The translations under genes and the position numbers were made by a program. From positions 128,001 through 192,000 of the IMG/VR virus record IMGVR_UViG_3300013947_000019: DNA of 64,000 nt. The stretch is one strand, 5' to 3'. Shown one piece after another: positions 29,713 through 38,984 of the stretch. The notes below the pieces were generated by a model. The model ran no database searches and had not been told where the DNA came from. It saw nothing but the letters and a program-made list of their open reading frames with translations. The stretch's first letter is position 1, and each line of letters begins with the position of its first letter. Source of the DNA: a virus (lineage: Duplodnaviria > Caudoviricetes).

Positions 29713-32118
29713 ATGAATGAAAAACTCTTGTCCACTCTTGTAAATGGGTTGGATGATTCACTGCCCCGCGCAGCGAAAGATAAGATTACACAGAGTATCA
29801 CTTCAGTTTCTCGTACATTGAATGATGCTAAAATGAATAGTACCAAAACTACGCTTCTTGGTTATGGTACAAAGAATGATAAAGTAAAGGGGACAAAGCT
29901 CCCTGATATTTCTACTGATGCTCAAATTTATACAAATATTTCTGATATGATCAATGGATCCAATAATAATGATGTAGCCGGATTTGGTACATTAATGGAT
30001 TCATTAGTCATGAAGAACAAGAAATACTACACGATTATCAAGGACTATGAAATCATGCCGATTTTGATTCCTCAGATTAATCGTGTACTGATGTTCTTGG
30101 TAAATGAATGTCTATCTCCCGATATTCAGAATGATGCTACTTTCTTGATCAAATATAAAGGATCTACTGCAGTAAATGCTATTCAGTCTGATATTGAACA
30201 GATTAAGAAAGAGATGAAGCTTGATAACACTCTTCGTGATGTTTATATGAATCGATATAAGCTTGGTCATGAATACATGCTTGTGATTGATTATAATGAA
30301 ACATTTGATCATATGCTTCAAATGATCAAACAGAAGGGTCTGAATGAATCTACTCGTAATATGACAGATATGGATTTTCTTGATCAGTCCTATACTGATC
30401 TTTCCAGTTCTATTAATGAGTGTTCTGTTGATATGAAGATCCTATCTCTTCGTGAATCTCATGGAATGACTGCAGATGGTACTGTACTTCGTCAACAGTC
30501 CAGTGATGAAGGATTCATTGATGAGAATACAATTAAGCTTTCTTTTGATAATATGAATATTGTGGTAGAGAAATCTCCCATTGCTCATATGATGAAGGAG
30601 GCCCATGGTGAATTGTTATCTGAAGCTTATTCTGAGTTTAAGCTTGAGAATGTCATGAAGAGATCTACGAATGGAACTCTGAATGAAGCTGTGGTCGATA
30701 CGTCTAAATTAACTATGATTGTTCAAAAGATGAAGCAGAAGCAGCTTCGTCGGTGTATGTTAGAAAGACTTGATCCTGCTAGAGTTTTCTGTTTGAAGAT
30801 TGGTGGTCGTGTAATTGGTTACTTTGTTGTAAATGATATTACAATGGATACAGGTACGACAAATGTAATCAACTTTGCACAAGCATTAAAAGATCAGCTG
30901 CTGAAGTCTCGTGCTACGAATCTGCAGCAGTCTACGAAGACTGCAGAAGAGATTATCTCTAAAACTCTTGCAGAAAAGATCATTAATACCTTTGATCCAA
31001 ATATTGGTATTAATCGTGTTGAAGATATTGATCTGATGCATGATTTTGTTCTCAATAATGAAATCTATAAAGGTAATAAGAGAATCACTTTCTATTATGC
31101 AGATGAGATCTTTGATCTTTCTAGAGCAGATGATTCTATTCTGACAAATGCCGTATTCTTTACTAAATTATATTCTACCCTACTGATGAATAATATCATG
31201 ACCAAGGTTCTTCGTGGACGTGGCAGACAGATTCATACAGTTCATATGGGTGCATCTCCCAATGTTCAGCGTTATCTGCAGAATGCGATGGCTTCTCTCA
31301 CAATGCCTGAAAATAACTTAGGTACATTACATGGGTCATTTGAACAAATTTTGAACCCGTTTAATGCTTCTTCGGATATTATAATTCCAACAGACGATGG
31401 AACAGAAAAATATATCGAAACAGATTATATTCCTGGACAGGATGTCGATATGAACGATGACTTCCTGCGAACTCTATTGAATGCAATTGTGTCTTCGTTT
31501 GGTTTAGACTCTGCTGTTATTGATGCTACAAATGGTAATCTCCAGTTTGCTCGTACATTATCTATGGAGTCTTTGCAAATCTGTAATGCTATTCGTAATG
31601 AACAGCAGGATCTTCATGATAACTGGGAAGCTATGTGTTTACGTATCCTGGAAATTTGTGGCTCTGACCAGACACGAGAAGCAATTGATCAGGGATTGAT
31701 TGAAGTTCAGTTCTTTACTCCGAAATCTCTTGTTATGCAGAATACAATTGAAGACTTGAATAATGCAAAATCTTATGCAGAAAGTATTGCAGATATTATT
31801 CCTGAATTCAATGTAGATAATGCAGAGCAGAAGAGAACGAAGTTTATCTATTCTCGTATTAAATCTATGGTAAATCTGGATTGGTCTAAGATTGATGAGG
31901 ATGTTAAGAACGCTGGTATTGATGCAATTGCTGATGATATTGAAGCTAAGATCCAGCAGACAATCCAGGAATACAAAGACAATACTGTCGAGCAGAAATA
32001 TGGTGATATGAATGGTGATGGTATTGTTACGGATGATGAAGATGAACTAACTGATGAAGAGAAAGAGTTCCTTCCTGGGGAGGAAGATAACTCTGATATG
32101 GAAGACATTGAACTCTAA
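29713..32118 (+). CDS. Putative portal protein
   Basis: 801 aa, late-type promoter, PQINRVLMFLVNECLSPD segment reminiscent of jumbo-phage portals, acidic C-tail, internal xxES motifs. Confidence 0.55.
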   Translation: MNEKLLSTLVNGLDDSLPRAAKDKITQSITSVSRTLNDAKMNSTKTTLLGYGTKNDKVKGTKLPDISTDAQIYTNISDMINGSNNNDVAGFGTLMDSLVMKNKKYYTIIKDYEIMPILIPQINRVLMFLVNECLSPDIQNDATFLIKYKGSTAVNAIQSDIEQIKKEMKLDNTLRDVYMNRYKLGHEYMLVIDYNETFDHMLQMIKQKGLNESTRNMTDMDFLDQSYTDLSSSINECSVDMKILSLRESHGMTADGTVLRQQSSDEGFIDENTIKLSFDNMNIVVEKSPIAHMMKEAHGELLSEAYSEFKLENVMKRSTNGTLNEAVVDTSKLTMIVQKMKQKQLRRCMLERLDPARVFCLKIGGRVIGYFVVNDITMDTGTTNVINFAQALKDQLLKSRATNLQQSTKTAEEIISKTLAEKIINTFDPNIGINRVEDIDLMHDFVLNNEIYKGNKRITFYYADEIFDLSRADDSILTNAVFFTKLYSTLLMNNIMTKVLRGRGRQIHTVHMGASPNVQRYLQNAMASLTMPENNLGTLHGSFEQILNPFNASSDIIIPTDDGTEKYIETDYIPGQDVDMNDDFLRTLLNAIVSSFGLDSAVIDATNGNLQFARTLSMESLQICNAIRNEQQDLHDNWEAMCLRILEICGSDQTREAIDQGLIEVQFFTPKSLVMQNTIEDLNNAKSYAESIADIIPEFNVDNAEQKRTKFIYSRIKSMVNLDWSKIDEDVKNAGIDAIADDIEAKIQQTIQEYKDNTVEQKYGDMNGDGIVTDDEDELTDEEKEFLPGEEDNSDMEDIEL

Positions 32119-32186
32119 ATAAATAGACACGAGGGTCTTTCATTAGATCCTCGTGCTTCTATTTTATAACTGAAAGGAGCATCTAA

Positions 32187-32933
32187 ATGAATTCTCCGCA
32201 TATTCCTATTCAAAGTTTTTATGCATATGAAACTACACGGCTCAGAGATGTATTAATACCTTCCAGTGCATTTATTTCAATGGTTAATTATATGGAAGAC
32301 ATTGATTTGGATATTGAATTTGCAGCAACTGATAAAGATGGTAATAAAGATAAAGTTTGGATGGCTCCCTACATGTTTGTAGATCCCGCTAAGAATCTGA
32401 TTACTACTCAAGGAAATTCATTGGAGGATCAACTACAATTCAAACGTGCACAATATCAGATTGTATTAAATCGCATTGAAATGTGCAAATATAACGCAAT
32501 TGCTGAAGCAACTATGAATTATATTGACTCCGATCCTGATAGTCGTGCTATCATACATCTATCTTCTGGTAGAGTAATACCGTTTAAAAATAGTTGTGTA
32601 GAGGATCTGACTATTATAAATCTAAAGAATAGATTACCCAATATTATTGAAGACTTAAAATCACAAAATAATGAAGATAGTGATGATGAAACAGAAAATT
32701 ATGCACTTGCTACATTTAAACACAAGAAGCTCCAATTCAATATAACTGAAGATCAATATCGATTGATGTATTGTTTCAAATACATAAAAGAAGATCCATA
32801 TAACCCCAAGGGATTAGGTTTGGTATCAAGTCATCATCAGCAAGCACCATATGAGTTGACTACAGGTATAGATATAGCTACGTATGTCTTAGATCGATTT
32901 AAGAAAGGCGCAAAAATTATTTGCGTTACTTAA
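32187..32933 (+). CDS. Hypothetical protein
   Basis: 248-aa ORF with AAGGAG SD. Confidence 0.7.
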   Translation: MNSPHIPIQSFYAYETTRLRDVLIPSSAFISMVNYMEDIDLDIEFAATDKDGNKDKVWMAPYMFVDPAKNLITTQGNSLEDQLQFKRAQYQIVLNRIEMCKYNAIAEATMNYIDSDPDSRAIIHLSSGRVIPFKNSCVEDLTIINLKNRLPNIIEDLKSQNNEDSDDETENYALATFKHKKLQFNITEDQYRLMYCFKYIKEDPYNPKGLGLVSSHHQQAPYELTTGIDIATYVLDRFKKGAKIICVT

Positions 32934-32971
32934 AAAGAATATGGGAGGGCAAATCACCCTCCCATTCTTTA

Positions 32972-33778
32972 TTACTCAGTCTTGGGCTCCTCAGTAGTAG
33001 GAGTCTCAGGAACTTCAGGAGTAGGCTCCACAACGGGCTCCTCTTCCTCACCAGGCTTAGTACCCTCAACAGGTTCACCAACATTTTCAATATCTTCGAT
33101 CAACTTGCCATTGACATACAGGATAGGATAGTTGGTCTGCCAATTGAACTTAGTATCACCAGTAGGATTGGTGAAGATGCAAACCAGCTTGTCATCAGCC
33201 AGAGCAGTCTTCGTATTATCAACGTTTACAGTAACACCATTGAAGGAACTAGTCTGATTACCATAAGGTTGGATAACGATCAGATTAAGCCAATCGGGAT
33301 CAGGATTATCATTGAGGTTATACTCATTACTCTTGAAGTTGATCGTAACATCCTTAGCGGCACCCTTAGTACCAATACGGATAGATCCAATATAGTTATT
33401 ATTGACGTTAACAGTAGCGCCATCAACCACATTGTAGATATTCACTTCATTATGAGAGCAGCATCCCCAAACGAAATAGTTACGGGAGATAGAAGATCCA
33501 TCAGCCAGCTTACCATTCATTTCGAAGAAGTTATACAGCTTTTCACCATTCAGACCAAAGAAACAACCTTCAACAGTCAGCTTCATATCATTGGCATTGA
33601 TAACAACACCCATGGATTTCTTAGTAGGGGCCAAACCATAGAAACGACAATTCTTAATGGTAACGGACTTAGCAGCAGTGATCGTAATCAATGCATCCTT
33701 GGTAAAATCAACACCATTGAAGACAACGTCCTTCTCAGGGGCGTTGATGACTACGGGCTTAGTAAACACAGTACTCAT
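32972..33778 (-). CDS. Probable structural protein, beta-helix-like
   Basis: Repeated VTIxNCxF / LTVEGCFF / ISRNYF strands; P/E-rich tail. Confidence 0.5.
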   Translation of the reverse strand: MSTVFTKPVVINAPEKDVVFNGVDFTKDALITITAAKSVTIKNCRFYGLAPTKKSMGVVINANDMKLTVEGCFFGLNGEKLYNFFEMNGKLADGSSISRNYFVWGCCSHNEVNIYNVVDGATVNVNNNYIGSIRIGTKGAAKDVTINFKSNEYNLNDNPDPDWLNLIVIQPYGNQTSSFNGVTVNVDNTKTALADDKLVCIFTNPTGDTKFNWQTNYPILYVNGKLIEDIENVGEPVEGTKPGEEEEPVVEPTPEVPETPTTEEPKTE

Positions 33779-33780
33779 AA

Positions 33781-34353
33781 TTACACCTCCTGATAGAAGT
33801 TCTGGGCAACATTAGCATTCGCACCAGCAATCGTCACATTCTTTTCGACAGTAAGCTCTTCCTCAACTTCTGCAGCAGGGAGAACAATAGTCACAGGGGT
33901 ATCACCCTCAGCAGTAGCTTCTGCCACCACGTCTGCGATCTTCTTCTCAGTAGGATCCACAGTGATCGTCTGAGAGCCATCCGGAGCTACAAAAGAGCCA
34001 CCAATAGAAACAATCTTAGCAACCGGAATACGAGCTTCAAACTCTTCATCCTCTTCTGTATACTTCACAGAAATAGCATTAACATCCAGCATCTTGGAAG
34101 CATCAAACAGATTGGCAACGCCATCCGTAATATAACCATTACAAGGGACGTTATCATAGATACGACCATTGGGATTATAAACTTCACGGCGCTTCAGTTC
34201 AATACCAATCAGCTCAGCATTGGAAATGGTCTTATTCTCATAAGGTCCAGCAACCACAATAGATTCGAGAGTGGAACCCATTTCCAGATAGTACTCAGCA
34301 CCATTGCCTAACAGAGTAGCAGCAACAGTGATCTTACTGGTAAAACTATCCAT
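33781..34353 (-). CDS. Probable structural protein
   Basis: 190-aa ORF, late-type promoter, biased codons. Confidence 0.55.
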   Translation of the reverse strand: MDSFTSKITVAATLLGNGAEYYLEMGSTLESIVVAGPYENKTISNAELIGIELKRREVYNPNGRIYDNVPCNGYITDGVANLFDASKMLDVNAISVKYTEEDEEFEARIPVAKIVSIGGSFVAPDGSQTITVDPTEKKIADVVAEATAEGDTPVTIVLPAAEVEEELTVEKNVTIAGANANVAQNFYQEV

Positions 34354-34490
34354 AACAAATAACCACCTTTCTTAATTAATATATGGTATGATCTACTTTC
34401 ATTAATAGATCATAGATCATTATAATAATGTCAAAAAATTAATATAAAAGATGAAATGGGAGGGGAAACAACCCCTCCCATCTCTAATTA

Positions 34491-35705
34491 TCAAATAATA
34501 ACAATTGTCTTCATAGGTCTCTGAGAATCTAACTTACTCTCATCTATATCTGGTATACGAGGATCTTTATCCAATAGTACGACGGCTTGATCTACACCAG
34601 AATTTTTATTATGACAATTGTAAGACTGACCTTCACCAAATACATACATTTTAGATGTAGTTTCTTTTGGTGGTCTGCCAACTCGTTTACCATTCTTAGA
34701 TAACGTAGGTTTCTTTGGTTCTGACCTACGTATTAATTCAGTTGGCATATCTGTTCTATCATAGATAGATAGAGGAGGCATATTAAATTTTTCTCTAAAT
34801 TCTTTCTGCCTTTTATAGAGCATAGCTCTCTGTAGTGCTTCTTCTTCCTCTTTGGATAGCTCAGGTTTTTCTTCTCTTTCTTTCCTGTGACGTTCTCTGA
34901 GTTTACGTTCTTTTTCTGGATTATTTAATACATATTGATTATAGAAACCGATACCTTGTTCCAAACGTTCATTATCGAAAGTAATACCTTCAAAGTACTC
35001 TTTATCCAACATCAAATCTTCCAATCGTTCTGGATCCATTTCTCCAAATCGCTGATTTAGTTCATTGATTCTTCGATAGAAAGTTCTGTTAGACATACCA
35101 TATGCTTCATGACAAAATCTAAAAAGATCAGCTGTTGAGAACTCTTTCTTTTTCCACATGATAAAGATCTCCCAGAAATCATATGGCATTGGAATTTTCG
35201 GACGACCAATAGATACGATACGTTTTCTGCGTGCGGCATCAATTCCTTCTCGTTGTCTAGAGATCGTATTTTCACGCTCATTCTGTGCAACAAAAGATAA
35301 TACTTGAAGCATCATATCTGTAATAAATTTAGATATCAAATCTTCTGGATCACCAGTTGTATTCAACAATGGCATATCAATTACATAGATCCCACATCCA
35401 AGATCTTGTGTAATCATTCTCCATTGATCAATAATCTCTTGATAATTACGACCAAGTCTATCGATTGATTTGATTACGATAATATCCCCTTTGCGTAATA
35501 TTCGTATTAATTTCTTATAGGCTGGTCGGTTAAATGATTTGCCTGATTGTTTGTCTATGAAGATCTTGGTAGAACGTACACCATATTCCTCCATAGCAAT
35601 TTCTTGTCGATCTGTTTTCTGTTGTGTTGTAGAAACTCGACAATAGCCCCATACTTCACCCATGTCATTAATGAGATAGCCATCGTCACCCTTTTTAATA
35701 GCCAT
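34491..35705 (-). CDS. Serine recombinase (resolvase/invertase family) with long C-terminal extension
   Basis: YCRVST catalytic Ser, SGK...RP, IDRLGRN, ERE...RQREGI, GRP, HTH-like SNRTFYR. Confidence 0.9.
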   Translation of the reverse strand: MAIKKGDDGYLINDMGEVWGYCRVSTTQQKTDRQEIAMEEYGVRSTKIFIDKQSGKSFNRPAYKKLIRILRKGDIIVIKSIDRLGRNYQEIIDQWRMITQDLGCGIYVIDMPLLNTTGDPEDLISKFITDMMLQVLSFVAQNERENTISRQREGIDAARRKRIVSIGRPKIPMPYDFWEIFIMWKKKEFSTADLFRFCHEAYGMSNRTFYRRINELNQRFGEMDPERLEDLMLDKEYFEGITFDNERLEQGIGFYNQYVLNNPEKERKLRERHRKEREEKPELSKEEEEALQRAMLYKRQKEFREKFNMPPLSIYDRTDMPTELIRRSEPKKPTLSKNGKRVGRPPKETTSKMYVFGEGQSYNCHNKNSGVDQAVVLLDKDPRIPDIDESKLDSQRPMKTIVII

Positions 35706-35816
35706 GTCTCTTCACTCCCTTTATTCATATTATTTGATAGACATACCCTTCTATTCTATCATAATTATAATATATGGATGAATTTTGTTTGCTCGGAGTT
35801 AACATAATAATACAAT

Positions 35817-35990
35817 CGATTATGCCACTATTTTGAGAAATGGGTTGTTTTATTATACAACAAAACTGAATACAGTTCAAAAGTAAAGAAAAGTAGAAAG
35901 TTACAAAGATTGGTAATTGACAAATCGATGCGAAATTCTATATGAGTACAACTTAATATTTATTCTGGTAACTTTCAAGTGGCATAATCG
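35817..35990. repeat. 13-bp perfect inverted repeat flanking 148 bp, upstream of the recombinase
   Basis: CGATTATGCCACT (35817-35829) / AGTGGCATAATCG (35978-35990). Confidence 0.6.
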
Positions 35991-36097
35991 TTTTATATAA
36001 TAAGAAGGATCCCCGGGACAACCCGGGGATTCCTTCCTTTTTAGATAATAGCTATACTTGTCTGGACACAAGACTTGAAAATACATTACCATGAATT

Positions 36098-36574
36098 TTA
36101 CTTACTGACACCATCCGATTTCGCATCAGTAAATACGCCGTGAAGCATTGCATTAGATGTATCAGATTCATACTTTCTGTACTTTTCAACAGCTTTCGTA
36201 ATATTACCGTCTAAATGTTGATCACGTAAACCTTCAGCAAGAACCATAACAACACTAGCAAGCTCAGAAAGTTTTGTACTGGTAATCTCTCCAGCATTTG
36301 CCAAAGCATTGATTTTCTTCATCGTATCAAGATCAACTTGATGATACTGAGCCATATCTTTCTTCAGATCAGATATATCACCAATCAGATCATCGATCTT
36401 TTTGGTTTGATTATCAAGCTGTTCTTTACGTGCTTTTTCCTTATCATCGGCAGTTCTTTTATTGTCTTCTTCACGTTTGTCACGTTTACGAGTTGCTGAT
36501 GTATACATCCAACCCATGACTAGTAATAAAAATGGGGTAGCTGCTGAAATGACTTTCATTATGTTTTCGAACAC
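36098..36574 (-). CDS. Membrane-anchored coiled-coil protein (possible holin-like)
   Basis: Single N-terminal TM helix followed by coiled coil; late-type promoter. Confidence 0.45.
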   Translation of the reverse strand: MFENIMKVISAATPFLLLVMGWMYTSATRKRDKREEDNKRTADDKEKARKEQLDNQTKKIDDLIGDISDLKKDMAQYHQVDLDTMKKINALANAGEITSTKLSELASVVMVLAEGLRDQHLDGNITKAVEKYRKYESDTSNAMLHGVFTDAKSDGVSK

Positions 36575-36663
36575 CTGTACTTCACCCCCTTCATGGTATA
36601 GTATTTATATAGATGTTTTATGGAAAAAAGAAAAGGGTGGGGAATATCCCCACCCATAATCTT

Positions 36664-37398
36664 TTAAATATCCCAAGGAATGATAAATCGTTCCATTGTA
36701 GAAGGCCAGGCGACTCTGTCCGGGCTTTCAATGTAATCATGATCAACAAGATAGTCTCGCTGATATTTATCATTCATGAGAGGGATAAAGATGACATGAT
36801 CATCCTCTGCTACATACTTAGTAGAATTTTCTGTAACAGAGATGATTCGATATGTCAGGCAGGAATCTTCTGCACTGTTATTTGCTGGATCAGTTTTCTG
36901 TTCATTCTTAGCAATGTCCAGAATAGATACTGTCAAGAACTCAATCCCTTTTCTCGTAGTACTAGTACCAGTTAGCACTTCATATGCGATAACAAGACGA
37001 AGCTCCATCTGCATCTTTTCTTCCAGGATACTTTCTGCATACAGCAGTTTGCGAAGTTCATCCATAGTCATATAAATACCAGCAGATAAACCATCCATCA
37101 TATAAGGATATCCATCCATAGGAAGATAATCCTTAGGTTTTGAATGGAATAGTGATCCAGTAGTATTCTCATAATAAGAGCCAACAGATACAGATACCTG
37201 TAATGCTTCTTTATGAAGAATACGTGCCTTCAGTTGTTCCATGATCCCATCATAGGCTTTTTCATCTTTTGACGTGTGAGCCATATTCAGATCAAGTGCG
37301 ATATCGCCCAGATCAGTCATAGGACCAGGAGAAGCCACTGCGAAGAATGCAGTGGCTCTCATAGGTTTATTATTCGGCTGCTTCAGAACAACTTTCAT
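36664..37398 (-). CDS. Hypothetical protein
   Basis: Start reassigned to MKVVLK after AGGAGG. Confidence 0.65.
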   Translation of the reverse strand: MKVVLKQPNNKPMRATAFFAVASPGPMTDLGDIALDLNMAHTSKDEKAYDGIMEQLKARILHKEALQVSVSVGSYYENTTGSLFHSKPKDYLPMDGYPYMMDGLSAGIYMTMDELRKLLYAESILEEKMQMELRLVIAYEVLTGTSTTRKGIEFLTVSILDIAKNEQKTDPANNSAEDSCLTYRIISVTENSTKYVAEDDHVIFIPLMNDKYQRDYLVDHDYIESPDRVAWPSTMERFIIPWDI

Positions 37399-38035
37399 TG
37401 TTGCCCTCCTGTTCTTTCTTGACTCGCTCTTCCAACTCAGCATTGGTAAAGAGACGAATATGCATCTTGGGCTCTTCAGCCAAAGCACCGATGATATTCT
37501 TCGGAACATCATAGATCATGGGATACATAACGATACCAGACTTACGATTGCTTAAATCAACATCCTTGATATATTCAGGGATATTGATGCACATCATTCC
37601 AAAGTTTTCATCAGGGTGTTCGCCGATACCAAAGATAATGACCAACAGATCATCAGACATACTCAGGGTATCATGTGTGAAGATTGTCAAGAAAGGTACG
37701 AATGTACCCTTGGAGCACAGTTCAAGAAGCTCCTTCTTAATTGCTTCGTTATTAAGTTCTTCAGGTTTAAACTCCGCAATATCGACACCATGACACTCAC
37801 CGCAGTACTGATGAACTGTACCAGCAACCTGATTGGGAATGGTATCGATCAGTTCTCTGGTACCTTCTTTGGTATACAGATGGCCAATACGATGAACTGC
37901 CAGAGATTCCAGAACAGAGTAATTATACTCCAGCATCTCAGGAGTATTCTCTGCATTGCTGGTCTTAGATTGACTCTTCGCAGTAAATGCGCCATAGATC
38001 TTACTGATGATATCAGAATGATACAGAATCTGCAT
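37370..38035 (-). CDS. Hypothetical protein
   Basis: 221-aa ORF with AGGAGG SD. Confidence 0.7.
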   Translation of the reverse strand: MQILYHSDIISKIYGAFTAKSQSKTSNAENTPEMLEYNYSVLESLAVHRIGHLYTKEGTRELIDTIPNQVAGTVHQYCGECHGVDIAEFKPEELNNEAIKKELLELCSKGTFVPFLTIFTHDTLSMSDDLLVIIFGIGEHPDENFGMMCINIPEYIKDVDLSNRKSGIVMYPMIYDVPKNIIGALAEEPKMHIRLFTNAELEERVKKEQEGNNESCSEAAE

Positions 38036-38085
38036 TGTATTGCATCTCCTCCTTTATATTAATTATAGGTTTGTTTTGATGTTTT

Positions 38086-38943
38086 TCAAAGAGTAAAATC
38101 ACCCAAAGACTGATATTCGTCAGGAACATGCTCTGGCTCTGGCATATCATCATCAGTCAATACAGCATTCTTATCCAGAGTGGGAGCAGTATTGAGATAC
38201 TCGATAAACTTCTCCTCTTCTTCAGTTACATCCAATACATAGGTATTAATAATATCCTTTATTTTCTGGATACTAAACCCGTATATCGACGCATTTGTAG
38301 AAGCACACAGAATAGTGCTGCACATCTTTTTGCTTACATTCGACAGAAGTATCGCTTTGGAAGATTTAATAAAGTCTTCTTCATCGATATAACTGTCAAA
38401 ATAGTCAAAATCATCTTTTGCTATCTTTACAAATACGCCATCATATGTAAGATCAAAAGCAGAAGAATCCTTGTCATACATATTACTAAGCCAATCAATA
38501 AGCTTAACTGCATTTTTGATATCTTTCTTATCCAGATCATCCTTAGAAGGAATAGATTCTGTTAAAGGATATACATTGATAGTCATATCAATATAGTGAT
38601 CATGAAATTCGTATTCTCCTTTAAAAGTATGCGTAGGATATTTTGCATTAAGATTACTAATAATCCCATATGCAAGCTTCATACCCTTTGCAATATTGAG
38701 TTCCCAAGGCAACTCATTGCTTTTAAATATGATTTTTGTGTATAGAGTAAGTTTATCATATCCATTAAACTTACTCGTACTATATCTGCGAAGCATTGTA
38801 ATACGCGCATACTTATCGTAGTATTTATCACGGTTATATCCATGCTTCACAGTTTCGCCATATACCATGCTAATGGTATTATATACCTGACCGAATATTT
38901 TCGATTCAGTTGTTTCAATTGGTCTTGTAGCTTTACTACGCAT
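38086..38943 (-). CDS. Hypothetical protein
   Basis: 285-aa ORF with AAGGA SD. Confidence 0.7.
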   Translation of the reverse strand: MRSKATRPIETTESKIFGQVYNTISMVYGETVKHGYNRDKYYDKYARITMLRRYSTSKFNGYDKLTLYTKIIFKSNELPWELNIAKGMKLAYGIISNLNAKYPTHTFKGEYEFHDHYIDMTINVYPLTESIPSKDDLDKKDIKNAVKLIDWLSNMYDKDSSAFDLTYDGVFVKIAKDDFDYFDSYIDEEDFIKSSKAILLSNVSKKMCSTILCASTNASIYGFSIQKIKDIINTYVLDVTEEEEKFIEYLNTAPTLDKNAVLTDDDMPEPEHVPDEYQSLGDFTL

Positions 38944-38984
38944 TTTATATTCCTTTCATAATAAAGAAAGAAAAGGGACTGGAA

